In this document: piece by piece, positions 1 through 7,350 of the stretch
Numbering within the stretch: the first letter of the stretch is position 1
How the letters are laid out: the number at the start of each line of letters is the position of its first letter
IMG/VR virus record: IMGVR_UViG_3300031419_000007
Reading direction: 5' to 3' (one strand)
Origin: a virus
Taxonomy: Duplodnaviria > Heunggongvirae > Uroviricota > Caudoviricetes
Length of the DNA stretch: 64,000 bases
The notes under the pieces: generated by a model
What the model saw: the letters and a program-made list of their open reading frames with translations, nothing else
Databases searched by the model: none
Told to the model about the DNA's origin: nothing
Translations under genes and position numbers: made by a program

Positions 1-160
1 GCATCACGGCAAACCACTCGTTCACCTTCTGCAGGATATCAGAAGGTTCAACCATTACCGGTTCTGCGTCACCGTTATCGAACTGCAACCACACCTCGAA
101 GATGTCGTAGTGTTGTTCGTTGGCGACTAGCGGACCGATTACAACTTCACTGTATCTCAC
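1..160 (-). CDS. Partial hypothetical protein; third member of the tandem GDA-motif paralog family
   Basis: Hand translation from GTG at 160 (overlaps the TGA of 157..495): VRYSEVVIGPLVANEQHYDIFEVWLQFDNGDAEPV..., open to the window edge. Confidence 0.55.
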   Translation of the reverse strand, partial: MRYSEVVIGPLVANEQHYDIFEVWLQFDNGDAEPVMVEPSDILQKVNEWFAVM

Positions 161-495
161 TTGAACTCCACAGGGAACTTCACACCGGAATAGTCATAAT
201 AGAAGATCGTCCAGCCTTCCAACGCAGCCTGCACATCGTCACACATCGCATCACACGGGAACCCGCCCCATTGATCATAACCGGGGACTTTACGGTAACC
301 GGGACCTCCGCTGCCTTCAGATTCCACTTCCTCGCATGCAGCATAGAAGTTGGCTACAGTGAGCAGGTCGGCTTCTTCCACAACCATTTCTTCAACGGTC
401 GTAGCATCTGCATCCCCGTGCATGTATTTCACTTCCAGCACATACTTGCCGAAGAAACCGAGTGGGGTGTGGCCCACTTTGAATTCACTAAACAT
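157..495 (-). CDS. Hypothetical protein, paralog of 488..871
   Basis: 112-aa ORF; YVLEVKYMHGDAD and FYYDYSGVKFPVEF motifs match the neighbour. Confidence 0.7.
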   Translation of the reverse strand: MFSEFKVGHTPLGFFGKYVLEVKYMHGDADATTVEEMVVEEADLLTVANFYAACEEVESEGSGGPGYRKVPGYDQWGGFPCDAMCDDVQAALEGWTIFYYDYSGVKFPVEFK

Positions 496-871
496 AATCT
501 TTCCACCAGAAATCTACAGAGTGAGGGAGTCCCTGATCGTCGTACCACAGGACTAACAGGTCTTTGAACCTACCGTAGCCCCACGCGTCATGGTCGTTTT
601 GGAAAAAGTCACAGAGATCGTCTTCGTCCCGCTCACCGAGAGTATCAACAAAGACTTGGTACAAAGGATCCCGTGTGTAACCGTGATCTTTCGTCCACTT
701 GGCGCCGTCGAACATGTTCTTCAGAGCGATAACCTGCTCTTCCGTTTCCAGCGTTATATGGCCGGTTGGGTAGCTGTCGGCATCACCGAGCATAAACATA
801 CACTCGATGACGTAGACTTCCCGATGCTCGGATTGCATTACAAAAGGACTTACCGTTAAGCCATTGATCAT
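488..871 (-). CDS. Hypothetical protein, paralog of 157..495
   Basis: 127-aa ORF; YVIECMFMLGDAD and LWYDDQGLPHSVDF motifs. Confidence 0.7.
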   Translation of the reverse strand: MINGLTVSPFVMQSEHREVYVIECMFMLGDADSYPTGHITLETEEQVIALKNMFDGAKWTKDHGYTRDPLYQVFVDTLGERDEDDLCDFFQNDHDAWGYGRFKDLLVLWYDDQGLPHSVDFWWKDYV

Positions 872-1197
872 ACTGACCTCTTCTTGACGCCCACTTGGAC
901 GACCGGAATGTTACCGATGTCCACGTTGAACACCACCTTTAACGCCGCCAGGAAAGCCTCGGGCGATTGATCTTCCCAGAGTGCCGCCACCGGTTGGTAC
1001 CCGACGGCCGACTTGAAGATTTTCTCCGAGCGATCGTAGTATATGTAACCCTGCAGTTCTTCATAGAGCCGCAGGTCTCGTGTTGCCGTTATCTCAGAGA
1101 TGTCAAAGAGCTCGACCAGGAAAGAACGTTTCAGACGGCCGTGCTCGTGGAACATCGCATCGATGAACTTGAGTCGGACAAGCTGTTGGTTCTTCAC
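868..1197 (-). CDS. Stand-alone winged-HTH protein resembling the N-terminal domain of CapW-type WYL regulators (no WYL domain)
   Basis: RLKFIDAMFHEHGRLKRSFLVELFDISEITATRDLRLY...YDRSEKIF resembles the CapW-like N-terminal wHTH pattern by eye; only 109 aa. Confidence 0.6.
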   Translation of the reverse strand: MKNQQLVRLKFIDAMFHEHGRLKRSFLVELFDISEITATRDLRLYEELQGYIYYDRSEKIFKSAVGYQPVAALWEDQSPEAFLAALKVVFNVDIGNIPVVQVGVKKRSV

Positions 1198-1664
1198 ACT
1201 AACCCCGCGTTGAACAGGACGACGGTGTTGAAATCCTGGAAGAGCGACTTCGTGTTAAGGATTTCTTCGACCGTCATCCAGGAGGCCGGCCCTTCATTTT
1301 CAAAGCCGGCTGAAGGTCCGACAGGGACTTCCACCGTGGCAATCCCGGAGTACACAGCGATCTGGGCACCGCGGAAGTTGATCTCTTGGAGATAGTCGAT
1401 CGGGTCTTTCAAATTGCTCAGGCCAATACCGGTCTCTTCTTCCAGCTCACGGTACGCGGCGTCCCGATAGCTTTCCCCAGGATCGCGTTTACCACAGGGC
1501 AGGCCAAGTTGACCGTCTTTCGCCCGGTGTGTTACGAGCACACGACCGGTGTCTTCAGCGTAGATCACGCACAGGCTGGCCGTCATTTTGACAGTTTGGG
1601 CTTGAGTCTCAACGAACGCAGCCGAAGCCAGCACGTTCTTATTACCAGTGGGTCGGAGTAGCAT
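1194..1664 (-). CDS. Nudix hydrolase
   Basis: Nudix box LPCGKRDPGESYRDAAYRELEEETG. Confidence 0.9.
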   Translation of the reverse strand: MLLRPTGNKNVLASAAFVETQAQTVKMTASLCVIYAEDTGRVLVTHRAKDGQLGLPCGKRDPGESYRDAAYRELEEETGIGLSNLKDPIDYLQEINFRGAQIAVYSGIATVEVPVGPSAGFENEGPASWMTVEEILNTKSLFQDFNTVVLFNAGLV

Positions 1665-1665
1665 G

Positions 1666-1875
1666 TTAGATTCCTATGACAAATACTTTGATCAAGCCCG
1701 CAGTGAAGAGGGCGACGACGATAACTAAAACAGCGATCAGTGTGATAAAACCACTGAGGTCAGATACACGTGCAGGAAGGGGAGTACTGTGGTACGCCTC
1801 CCATTGTCTGGCAATAAGAACAGGAAAGGCCATAATCAGGCAGACACACAAGGCAAAGAAAATCACGTAACCCAT
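1666..1875 (-). CDS. Small two-TM membrane protein
   Basis: 69 aa with two long hydrophobic stretches. Confidence 0.55.
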   Translation of the reverse strand: MGYVIFFALCVCLIMAFPVLIARQWEAYHSTPLPARVSDLSGFITLIAVLVIVVALFTAGLIKVFVIGI

Positions 1876-2327
1876 CAGTCTTCCTCAATAGGCTCCCAGC
1901 GTTCGCCGGCGAGCATGATAGTTTGTGGGAATTCCCCTTTGTCGAGCATCATCTTCAACCGAGGAATCTGTTTCACAATGTCCGGACCGTAGCCCAGGCT
2001 CATGTGAAGATTCAGTTTGGGGTAAGAATGCTCAAACCCTTTTGTACGCAGCACCATGTGGCGGCCAACGAGATTTGGGCAGTCCAACTTAAGGACCGCC
2101 GCTTCCCATTTACTGCCGGGCTCACCCATGTGTTCAATTCCGGTGATCCGGGCCTGGTAGCGGGCTTCAGGCGATGCCTTGGGATCGATATTTGGGTTAC
2201 GCTTGTCGTACATCAGCGTGACGTGCAGTTTGTTCTGGTCCATGCCTTTAATGCCGGCATTGGTTAAAGCCTTGATGATTTTCTTTGCGTCAAGGGAATC
2301 GGGTTTTACTTGGGCATAACCGTTCAT
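1875..2327 (-). CDS. 2H phosphoesterase, T4 57B/Acb1 (anti-CBASS nuclease)-like
   Basis: Two Hx(T/S) motifs, LHVTLMYD and LHMSLGY, in a 150-aa protein. Confidence 0.7.
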   Translation of the reverse strand: MNGYAQVKPDSLDAKKIIKALTNAGIKGMDQNKLHVTLMYDKRNPNIDPKASPEARYQARITGIEHMGEPGSKWEAAVLKLDCPNLVGRHMVLRTKGFEHSYPKLNLHMSLGYGPDIVKQIPRLKMMLDKGEFPQTIMLAGERWEPIEED

Positions 2328-2656
2328 GACAGCTCCAGGGTGATAATTCCGTGATTTCTCCAGACCATGCTTGCTGGGATGGGCAGGGGTCTCATGGTTG
2401 CGAGGATGAAAGCGGGTTCTTCATAGGACCAGGAGTATTCATGACCGTGATCATGATCCACGCCCTTAACAGTCAGGGTATCCGCCGACACCACAAACTG
2501 GTTGATTTCCCCATCTGGCCATTTGATAGTACCCGTTTTGCCTTTTACGACAAGGGGATCAAACCCGTGGATAACATGGAAATCCCTGCGAGATAGCCCG
2601 TTGTAACGCCACTCTCCGCCGTTCCAACCACCGATATGAGTAAAGACTACTTCCAT
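2324..2656 (-). CDS. Hypothetical protein
   Basis: 110-aa ORF translationally coupled to its neighbours. Confidence 0.6.
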   Translation of the reverse strand: MEVVFTHIGGWNGGEWRYNGLSRRDFHVIHGFDPLVVKGKTGTIKWPDGEINQFVVSADTLTVKGVDHDHGHEYSWSYEEPAFILATMRPLPIPASMVWRNHGIITLELS

Positions 2657-2874
2657 TAGCGCCTCCGGGCGAGTTTCTGTGCACGTTTCTTACGGGCCAG
2701 GCGGCGATCTTTGGCCACACCGGTGTGACGGCGGGTGTGTTCTTCTGTCGGGCGGAGAAACATAGCGTCCCCTTCGAAGTCCCGGCACTCGTCGACAGCA
2801 ATAGAGGTAAGGGATAGACCTCCGAACACCCCACAGCCCGCACCCAGTACCACAACCTTGCGAGTATCTTCCAT
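2656..2874 (-). CDS. Hypothetical protein with a basic C-terminal tail
   Basis: 72 aa, ends RRLARKKRAQKLARRR; RBS GGAG upstream. Confidence 0.55.
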   Translation of the reverse strand: MEDTRKVVVLGAGCGVFGGLSLTSIAVDECRDFEGDAMFLRPTEEHTRRHTGVAKDRRLARKKRAQKLARRR

Positions 2875-2884
2875 CGCAAACTCC

Positions 2885-2909
2885 TAAAAAAGCCCGGACG
2901 AATCCGGGC
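2885..2909 (-). terminator. Intrinsic terminator
   Basis: Minus strand GCCCGGATTCGTCCGGGC followed by TTTTTT. Confidence 0.8.
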
Positions 2910-2916
2910 AGTTCTA

Positions 2917-3054
2917 CTACGGGCAGGGCTCTGCGTCTTCCAGAGGCTCTGCACCGCACTTACAACATTTTGTCCAGGACCGGTCGTTCATCGAACCGCA
3001 GCGTGCACAGTTGATGATCGAGTTCCAGTCCTGGTCCCAGATGCGAAGAATCAT
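2917..3054 (-). CDS. 45-aa zinc-ribbon protein (not in the ORF track)
   Basis: MILRIWDQDWNSIINCARCGSMNDRSWTKCCKCGAEPLEDAEPCP; two CxxC motifs; ATGA overlap with 3051..3455. Confidence 0.65.
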   Translation of the reverse strand: MILRIWDQDWNSIINCARCGSMNDRSWTKCCKCGAEPLEDAEPCP

Positions 3055-3455
3055 GAGCCGCGAAGTGCAGCCAGTTTAGCTTCGATCTCAGCTTCAGACA
3101 GGCTCTGCAGAGCGTCTTTCTTCTTGCTGTGCAGCAGGTTTTCCAGATCGGCGATCTGCTGGGTAGTCTGCAGACGTTTTTCAGCCGCGTCTTTCTCACG
3201 CTGTCTAACACCGATGATGTACTTCACGATGTCCAGCTTGTCCGAGACCAGGGCACGCTTAGGGTTGCTGCCGGTTTCAACGAAGCTCTCTTCGCCCAGA
3301 GTTTTCAGCTCGTTGTTCAGAGCCACGGCGACCGAGTTCAGGTCAATGCCCTGGGTTTTCACCAGCAGAGGCAGGTCCCACAGCTGCTCAACAGACAGTT
3401 CGCCTTTAGCAGACGGGAAACGGAATTTGTTACGGATTGCTTTTTCGAAGTTCAT
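3051..3455 (-). CDS. Phage hypothetical protein with a coiled-coil C-terminus
   Basis: 134 aa, FRFPSAKGELSVEQLWDLPL; lies directly downstream of the 689-aa gene. Confidence 0.75.
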   Translation of the reverse strand: MNFEKAIRNKFRFPSAKGELSVEQLWDLPLLVKTQGIDLNSVAVALNNELKTLGEESFVETGSNPKRALVSDKLDIVKYIIGVRQREKDAAEKRLQTTQQIADLENLLHSKKKDALQSLSEAEIEAKLAALRGS

Positions 3456-3464
3456 GATTGTTCC

Positions 3465-5534
3465 TTAGAATTGAACGTTATAGACTTTGTTGAGTTTTTC
3501 ACCGGTAACACGGATCGTGACCGACTCAGATTTAGTGGAACTGAAACCTACGCCAGACAGCTGGTCATCGGTCGGTTCACACTTGGTTTTGGAGCCCAGT
3601 ACTTCGAACACCTTGCGATGCTGTTCCAGATCGCTACGCAGGAATTCGTTGTAGATACCGCGGGTTGGTTCTGGGTTTTTGGCGCCGTCCAGCAGGAAGA
3701 ACCAGTGTTTGTTGCCGATCGCTTTGCCTTCCCAGAAGTTCGGGGACAGCATGACGGTGGCCACGGGAACGAACTGCTCGGTTTTCAGACCCCAGACTTC
3801 TTGAGGGGCAGAGCCGCACGGCATGTGGTGTTTGATTGACAGGTCACTGCCACGTTTGGTGACGGTTGCAACTGGCTGCCACTCTTTGTGTTTCATGGCG
3901 CTTTCACGCTCGTACTGGAAGATCTGACCGTTGAACTCGATCTCGGCTTTGAAGCCACCTTCTGTTGGAGCACGCAGTGACCAGTTGTGGATCTTACAGA
4001 TGTAATCCCCGTCTGGCATACGGTCGAAGCTTGGGAACGTGATGTTCTCAACCGGAACGTAGCCAACCGGTGCCGCCGTCACGTAGTCGACGTCTTGATG
4101 ACCGCCAGAACGTGGGTGCGTACGGTAGTTCCAGCCCACACGCTCATTGTTACCGTAGTTGTCATGGCACAGCTGATCGCCGTGGCCGTTCCAACCTGGC
4201 ATGAACACGTGCAGGTCCATCAATGACGCATTACGCTCACGGTAGTTCCACTGGTGAGTGAAACGGAAGGCACCGGTCACAGAGCCGCCACGCGCCACTA
4301 CTGCTTCACGCATGGAGTCCGCGATGTTACCGTTGTAGGACCACGCGAAGTCATTGCCCCATTTGAACAGCGGCTCGGTACCTTCGTGGACCGGTGCCGT
4401 GATGCTCATCAGGTTGTTTTTCAGCGAGTTCTTCAACAGCACGTCCAGCGTACGGGCACGCGGCAGAATGTTCGCCATGAAGTCTTCGATACGGATATCT
4501 TCGCCTTCAGTGCTGACAGACTTCTGCTGCACGGCACCGGCCAGCAGGCTTTCCAGACCGCCTTTCATTTTGGCCTGAGCTGCGTTGCTGACCCACAGGA
4601 CGTCATTCACGGACACGTCGGACAGGCGAGCATGACGACGTTCCAGGGAAGGCTCGAGGTTCAGCTCCTGAATGGTCTTCATCGCTTGGTTAACCATCCC
4701 TTGAGAGATGATCGCCGTTGGACGCTTGTAGTTCAGCGGATCCGTCTTACGGCCGAACACTTCCACCGCCTTCTCAACGTCCATTTCACCGGCCGTCAGG
4801 TCGATCAGGAATGTGCCGACTGCCGTATTACGCAGTTTGGCCGCAGGGAAATCGATGTTGTTCCAGACGAACGCCGTACGGGCATTGCCCTCTGGCAGCT
4901 CCAGGTAGGCCGTCTGCACGTCGTAGAACGCTTTCACACTTGGACGGAACTCCGCACCACGGTAAACCGAGTTGGAGTCGATTAGGTCCAGCGCGATCTC
5001 AAAGGCTTCCGGAGAGAGCTCTTCCAGGCCACGCTTGAAGACTGCAGCTTTGGTGTTCAGCTCACCGGTCACTTCACCGATGGATTTGCTGAAGTGGCGC
5101 TTGGCAATCGTACAGTTGAAGTGGTTCCAGGTCAGCGTCGTGCCGTCGTCCAGCTTTTCGTACGTCTCCACGTGGCCCAGTTTGTTCTCGTCGATACGGA
5201 ACACGCCGGTTACCGCAGCCGCCATGACACGGGCAGCCAGTTCTGAGGCGACGCAGTCGTACGGGAACTCCAGACCTTCTACATCCCAGATGGACTGCAG
5301 GTTACCCTGATCGTCCATGGCGACGATGTTACCAACACGACGAATGAACGCTTTATCATAAGAACCATCGTGCTCGGTACGCTGACGGAAGATCGGGTTG
5401 GTGCCTTCCGGGAAGGACGCCAGGTACAGATCCCACAGGTCGTCACCAGAAACGTTGGTACGGTACAGCTCTTGGGCTGACAATGCGTCCCAACGTTGGG
5501 CGATCTTGTCTGCGAACGGCTTAAAGTTACTCAT
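3465..5534 (-). CDS. Large phage hypothetical protein (689 aa), possibly with a YfaP/DUF2135-like C-terminal beta domain
   Basis: Long ORF with good RBS; MDLHV...DVDY...VENI...G.Y...IHNW pattern in the C-terminal third. Confidence 0.7.
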   Translation of the reverse strand: MSNFKPFADKIAQRWDALSAQELYRTNVSGDDLWDLYLASFPEGTNPIFRQRTEHDGSYDKAFIRRVGNIVAMDDQGNLQSIWDVEGLEFPYDCVASELAARVMAAAVTGVFRIDENKLGHVETYEKLDDGTTLTWNHFNCTIAKRHFSKSIGEVTGELNTKAAVFKRGLEELSPEAFEIALDLIDSNSVYRGAEFRPSVKAFYDVQTAYLELPEGNARTAFVWNNIDFPAAKLRNTAVGTFLIDLTAGEMDVEKAVEVFGRKTDPLNYKRPTAIISQGMVNQAMKTIQELNLEPSLERRHARLSDVSVNDVLWVSNAAQAKMKGGLESLLAGAVQQKSVSTEGEDIRIEDFMANILPRARTLDVLLKNSLKNNLMSITAPVHEGTEPLFKWGNDFAWSYNGNIADSMREAVVARGGSVTGAFRFTHQWNYRERNASLMDLHVFMPGWNGHGDQLCHDNYGNNERVGWNYRTHPRSGGHQDVDYVTAAPVGYVPVENITFPSFDRMPDGDYICKIHNWSLRAPTEGGFKAEIEFNGQIFQYERESAMKHKEWQPVATVTKRGSDLSIKHHMPCGSAPQEVWGLKTEQFVPVATVMLSPNFWEGKAIGNKHWFFLLDGAKNPEPTRGIYNEFLRSDLEQHRKVFEVLGSKTKCEPTDDQLSGVGFSSTKSESVTIRVTGEKLNKVYNVQF

Positions 5535-5570
5535 GCACTACTCCTTATGGTGCCAGTGGTGTCCTGGCGA

Positions 5571-5813
5571 TTAAAGTTCGGGAATTGCGTTTAATAAAGC
5601 TTTGAGGAGCCTGAGGCTTTCCATCAGGCTTTCGTCACTGGAACAACTGATACGGAGGCCAAGGGGATCGAACTCGATGTGTGCATTCCCTTGGCGCCGA
5701 GTGAAGGACATTCGGGTGCGGTGAAAGCGATCTTCTGGAAGGCGAGCTATGACCTTTGTCACCTTCCAGAACCCTTCACCTGTCTCCTCAACTTTTATGT
5801 CGGGTTCACTCAT
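5571..5813 (-). CDS. Hypothetical protein
   Basis: 80-aa ORF overlapping the upstream stop. Confidence 0.55.
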   Translation of the reverse strand: MSEPDIKVEETGEGFWKVTKVIARLPEDRFHRTRMSFTRRQGNAHIEFDPLGLRISCSSDESLMESLRLLKALLNAIPEL

Positions 5814-6178
5814 ACGGAGAGACGAATATCCGTGGTGAGATCGATGGCAGTGATGCAGCTCTTACCGAGATTCAGCATTTCGACCTCATAGCACGCATCA
5901 GGATCGTCTATCGTTGCAGCTTCCCACTGCTCGGTACACGCTTGAACATCACCATTAAAGAACATGATGGCTGTGGCGTGCAGCGTTTTTTCTGCAGTGC
6001 TGGTAGTGACTTTCTCACTATCTGCAAGAAAGACCATGAGCTCACGATGACGACGTTGCAGTTCAGAACGCATCATGAATTGCATGTAGTCATACTCAGG
6101 GAGATTTGTACACTCAGATGTGGTGTGGCGGATCACGGAGTTCATCAACTGCTGGCGGAACGTTTCAGTTTTGATCAT
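5810..6178 (-). CDS. Hypothetical protein
   Basis: 122-aa ORF, ATGA coupling. Confidence 0.6.
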   Translation of the reverse strand: MIKTETFRQQLMNSVIRHTTSECTNLPEYDYMQFMMRSELQRRHRELMVFLADSEKVTTSTAEKTLHATAIMFFNGDVQACTEQWEAATIDDPDACYEVEMLNLGKSCITAIDLTTDIRLSV

Positions 6179-6597
6179 GGTGGATTACCTATCAGGATAG
6201 CGGTGACCTTCGGGGCGCCCGCTACGTTTGTGAAAGTGATACCCAGCAGTTCTTTGCCGGATCCCTGGAGCTCTTCAAATGCCACGGTGAACAGGTTGGC
6301 CTGTTCATCCTCGGCGTACATCACAGCCATTGCCTGAAGCAGAGTCAGGTGTGGATTTTTATTGTGGATCACGTTCAGCTGCATCAGCAGGTTGTTCGTG
6401 AAGTTATGGGTTACGTGGGTCGCCTGGAGTTCTTTGGCCATGATGGCCGCAATCTTACAGGAGATCTGGGTGGCGAATTCAGCTTGCTGCATAGATCTCA
6501 CCATCATCGGTGAAAGTTTTGGATACGTCGCCAACGGTAATAGTGAACGCATGGAGGATCGGTGGATTAAACCATTCACGATCTTCGACCGTAGCAC
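6175..6597 (-). CDS. Hypothetical protein
   Basis: 140-aa ORF; start uncertain. Confidence 0.5.
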   Translation of the reverse strand: MLRSKIVNGLIHRSSMRSLLPLATYPKLSPMMVRSMQQAEFATQISCKIAAIMAKELQATHVTHNFTNNLLMQLNVIHNKNPHLTLLQAMAVMYAEDEQANLFTVAFEELQGSGKELLGITFTNVAGAPKVTAILIGNPP

Positions 6598-6904
6598 TAA
6601 CGTGCCATTCTTCTACACTATCCTCATCGAATTGCTTAATGAACTCGGTTGCATCCACCAGGTGTTGCTTGATGACTGGAGTTTCATCTCCAAAGAGAAT
6701 GTTTAGCATTTTGATTTGGTCAAATTCATCTTTTTCACCCTTAAGCGGGCGGTTGATGTCTTCGAGAATATCGAGCATGCGGACATTCAATGCATGGCAA
6801 TAGGAAAGGCGGACGGCCCGGTCTGGGGACATCCCTTCAGTGATCGCCATCAACAGTGCAATACGAAGAGCTTTAGAGGCTTGACGGAAAGTTTTGGTTG
6901 TCAT
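6479..6904 (-). CDS. Hypothetical protein
   Basis: 141-aa ORF with RBS AAGGA. Confidence 0.6.
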   Translation of the reverse strand: MTTKTFRQASKALRIALLMAITEGMSPDRAVRLSYCHALNVRMLDILEDINRPLKGEKDEFDQIKMLNILFGDETPVIKQHLVDATEFIKQFDEDSVEEWHVSATVEDREWFNPPILHAFTITVGDVSKTFTDDGEIYAAS

Positions 6905-6912
6905 GGTAATCC

Positions 6913-7287
6913 TTATTTATCAAAGAGGCCGTGGACACGAGGCGTCTCGTGCCAATTATCATCATCAATCGTTACAATGAAGCTGGAATTTAAGTTTTCA
7001 CCATCCAGCCATTCTTCCCAGTAATCACTCCATCCCTCTTGATTCCACCCAAAGACGCCATAGAGCAACTTGTAGCAATCGGAGTTGGACTCGATGTCGT
7101 AGTCGTTCTTGGCGATCTCGTCGTTAATAGCGTCGATGATCAAACTGCGGTAGGTCGCCTTGACCATTGGAACGGCTTGGAAGCCACCGGTGATGGAGAA
7201 GACGATGTGCTGAAGGAAACGTTCGTTGTGGGACCAGGTGTGATCGTGCTCATAGCGGTGTAACCCGCCGGTAAGATACTGTGGCAT
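6913..7287 (-). CDS. Hypothetical protein
   Basis: 124-aa acidic/aromatic ORF, RBS GGAGG, first gene after the motif at 7327. Confidence 0.7.
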   Translation of the reverse strand: MPQYLTGGLHRYEHDHTWSHNERFLQHIVFSITGGFQAVPMVKATYRSLIIDAINDEIAKNDYDIESNSDCYKLLYGVFGWNQEGWSDYWEEWLDGENLNSSFIVTIDDDNWHETPRVHGLFDK

Positions 7288-7326
7288 AGCGCCTCCAAAA
7301 GGTTAAAGGGGAGAGGTCTCCCCTTG

Positions 7327-7346
7327 GTTTACACCTTTCTTATACC
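7327..7346 (-). promoter_or_regulatory. Putative phage promoter GGTATAAG-N4-GTGTAAAC
   Basis: Plus strand gtttacac cttt cttatacc, 40 nt before the start at 7287. Confidence 0.7.
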
Positions 7347-7350
7347 CGAG

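Noticed and set aside
3129-4985. Long plus-strand ORFs (236 and 243 aa) opposite the 689-aa gene
   Set aside because: Antisense shadows of a codon-biased gene; no RBS or motifs
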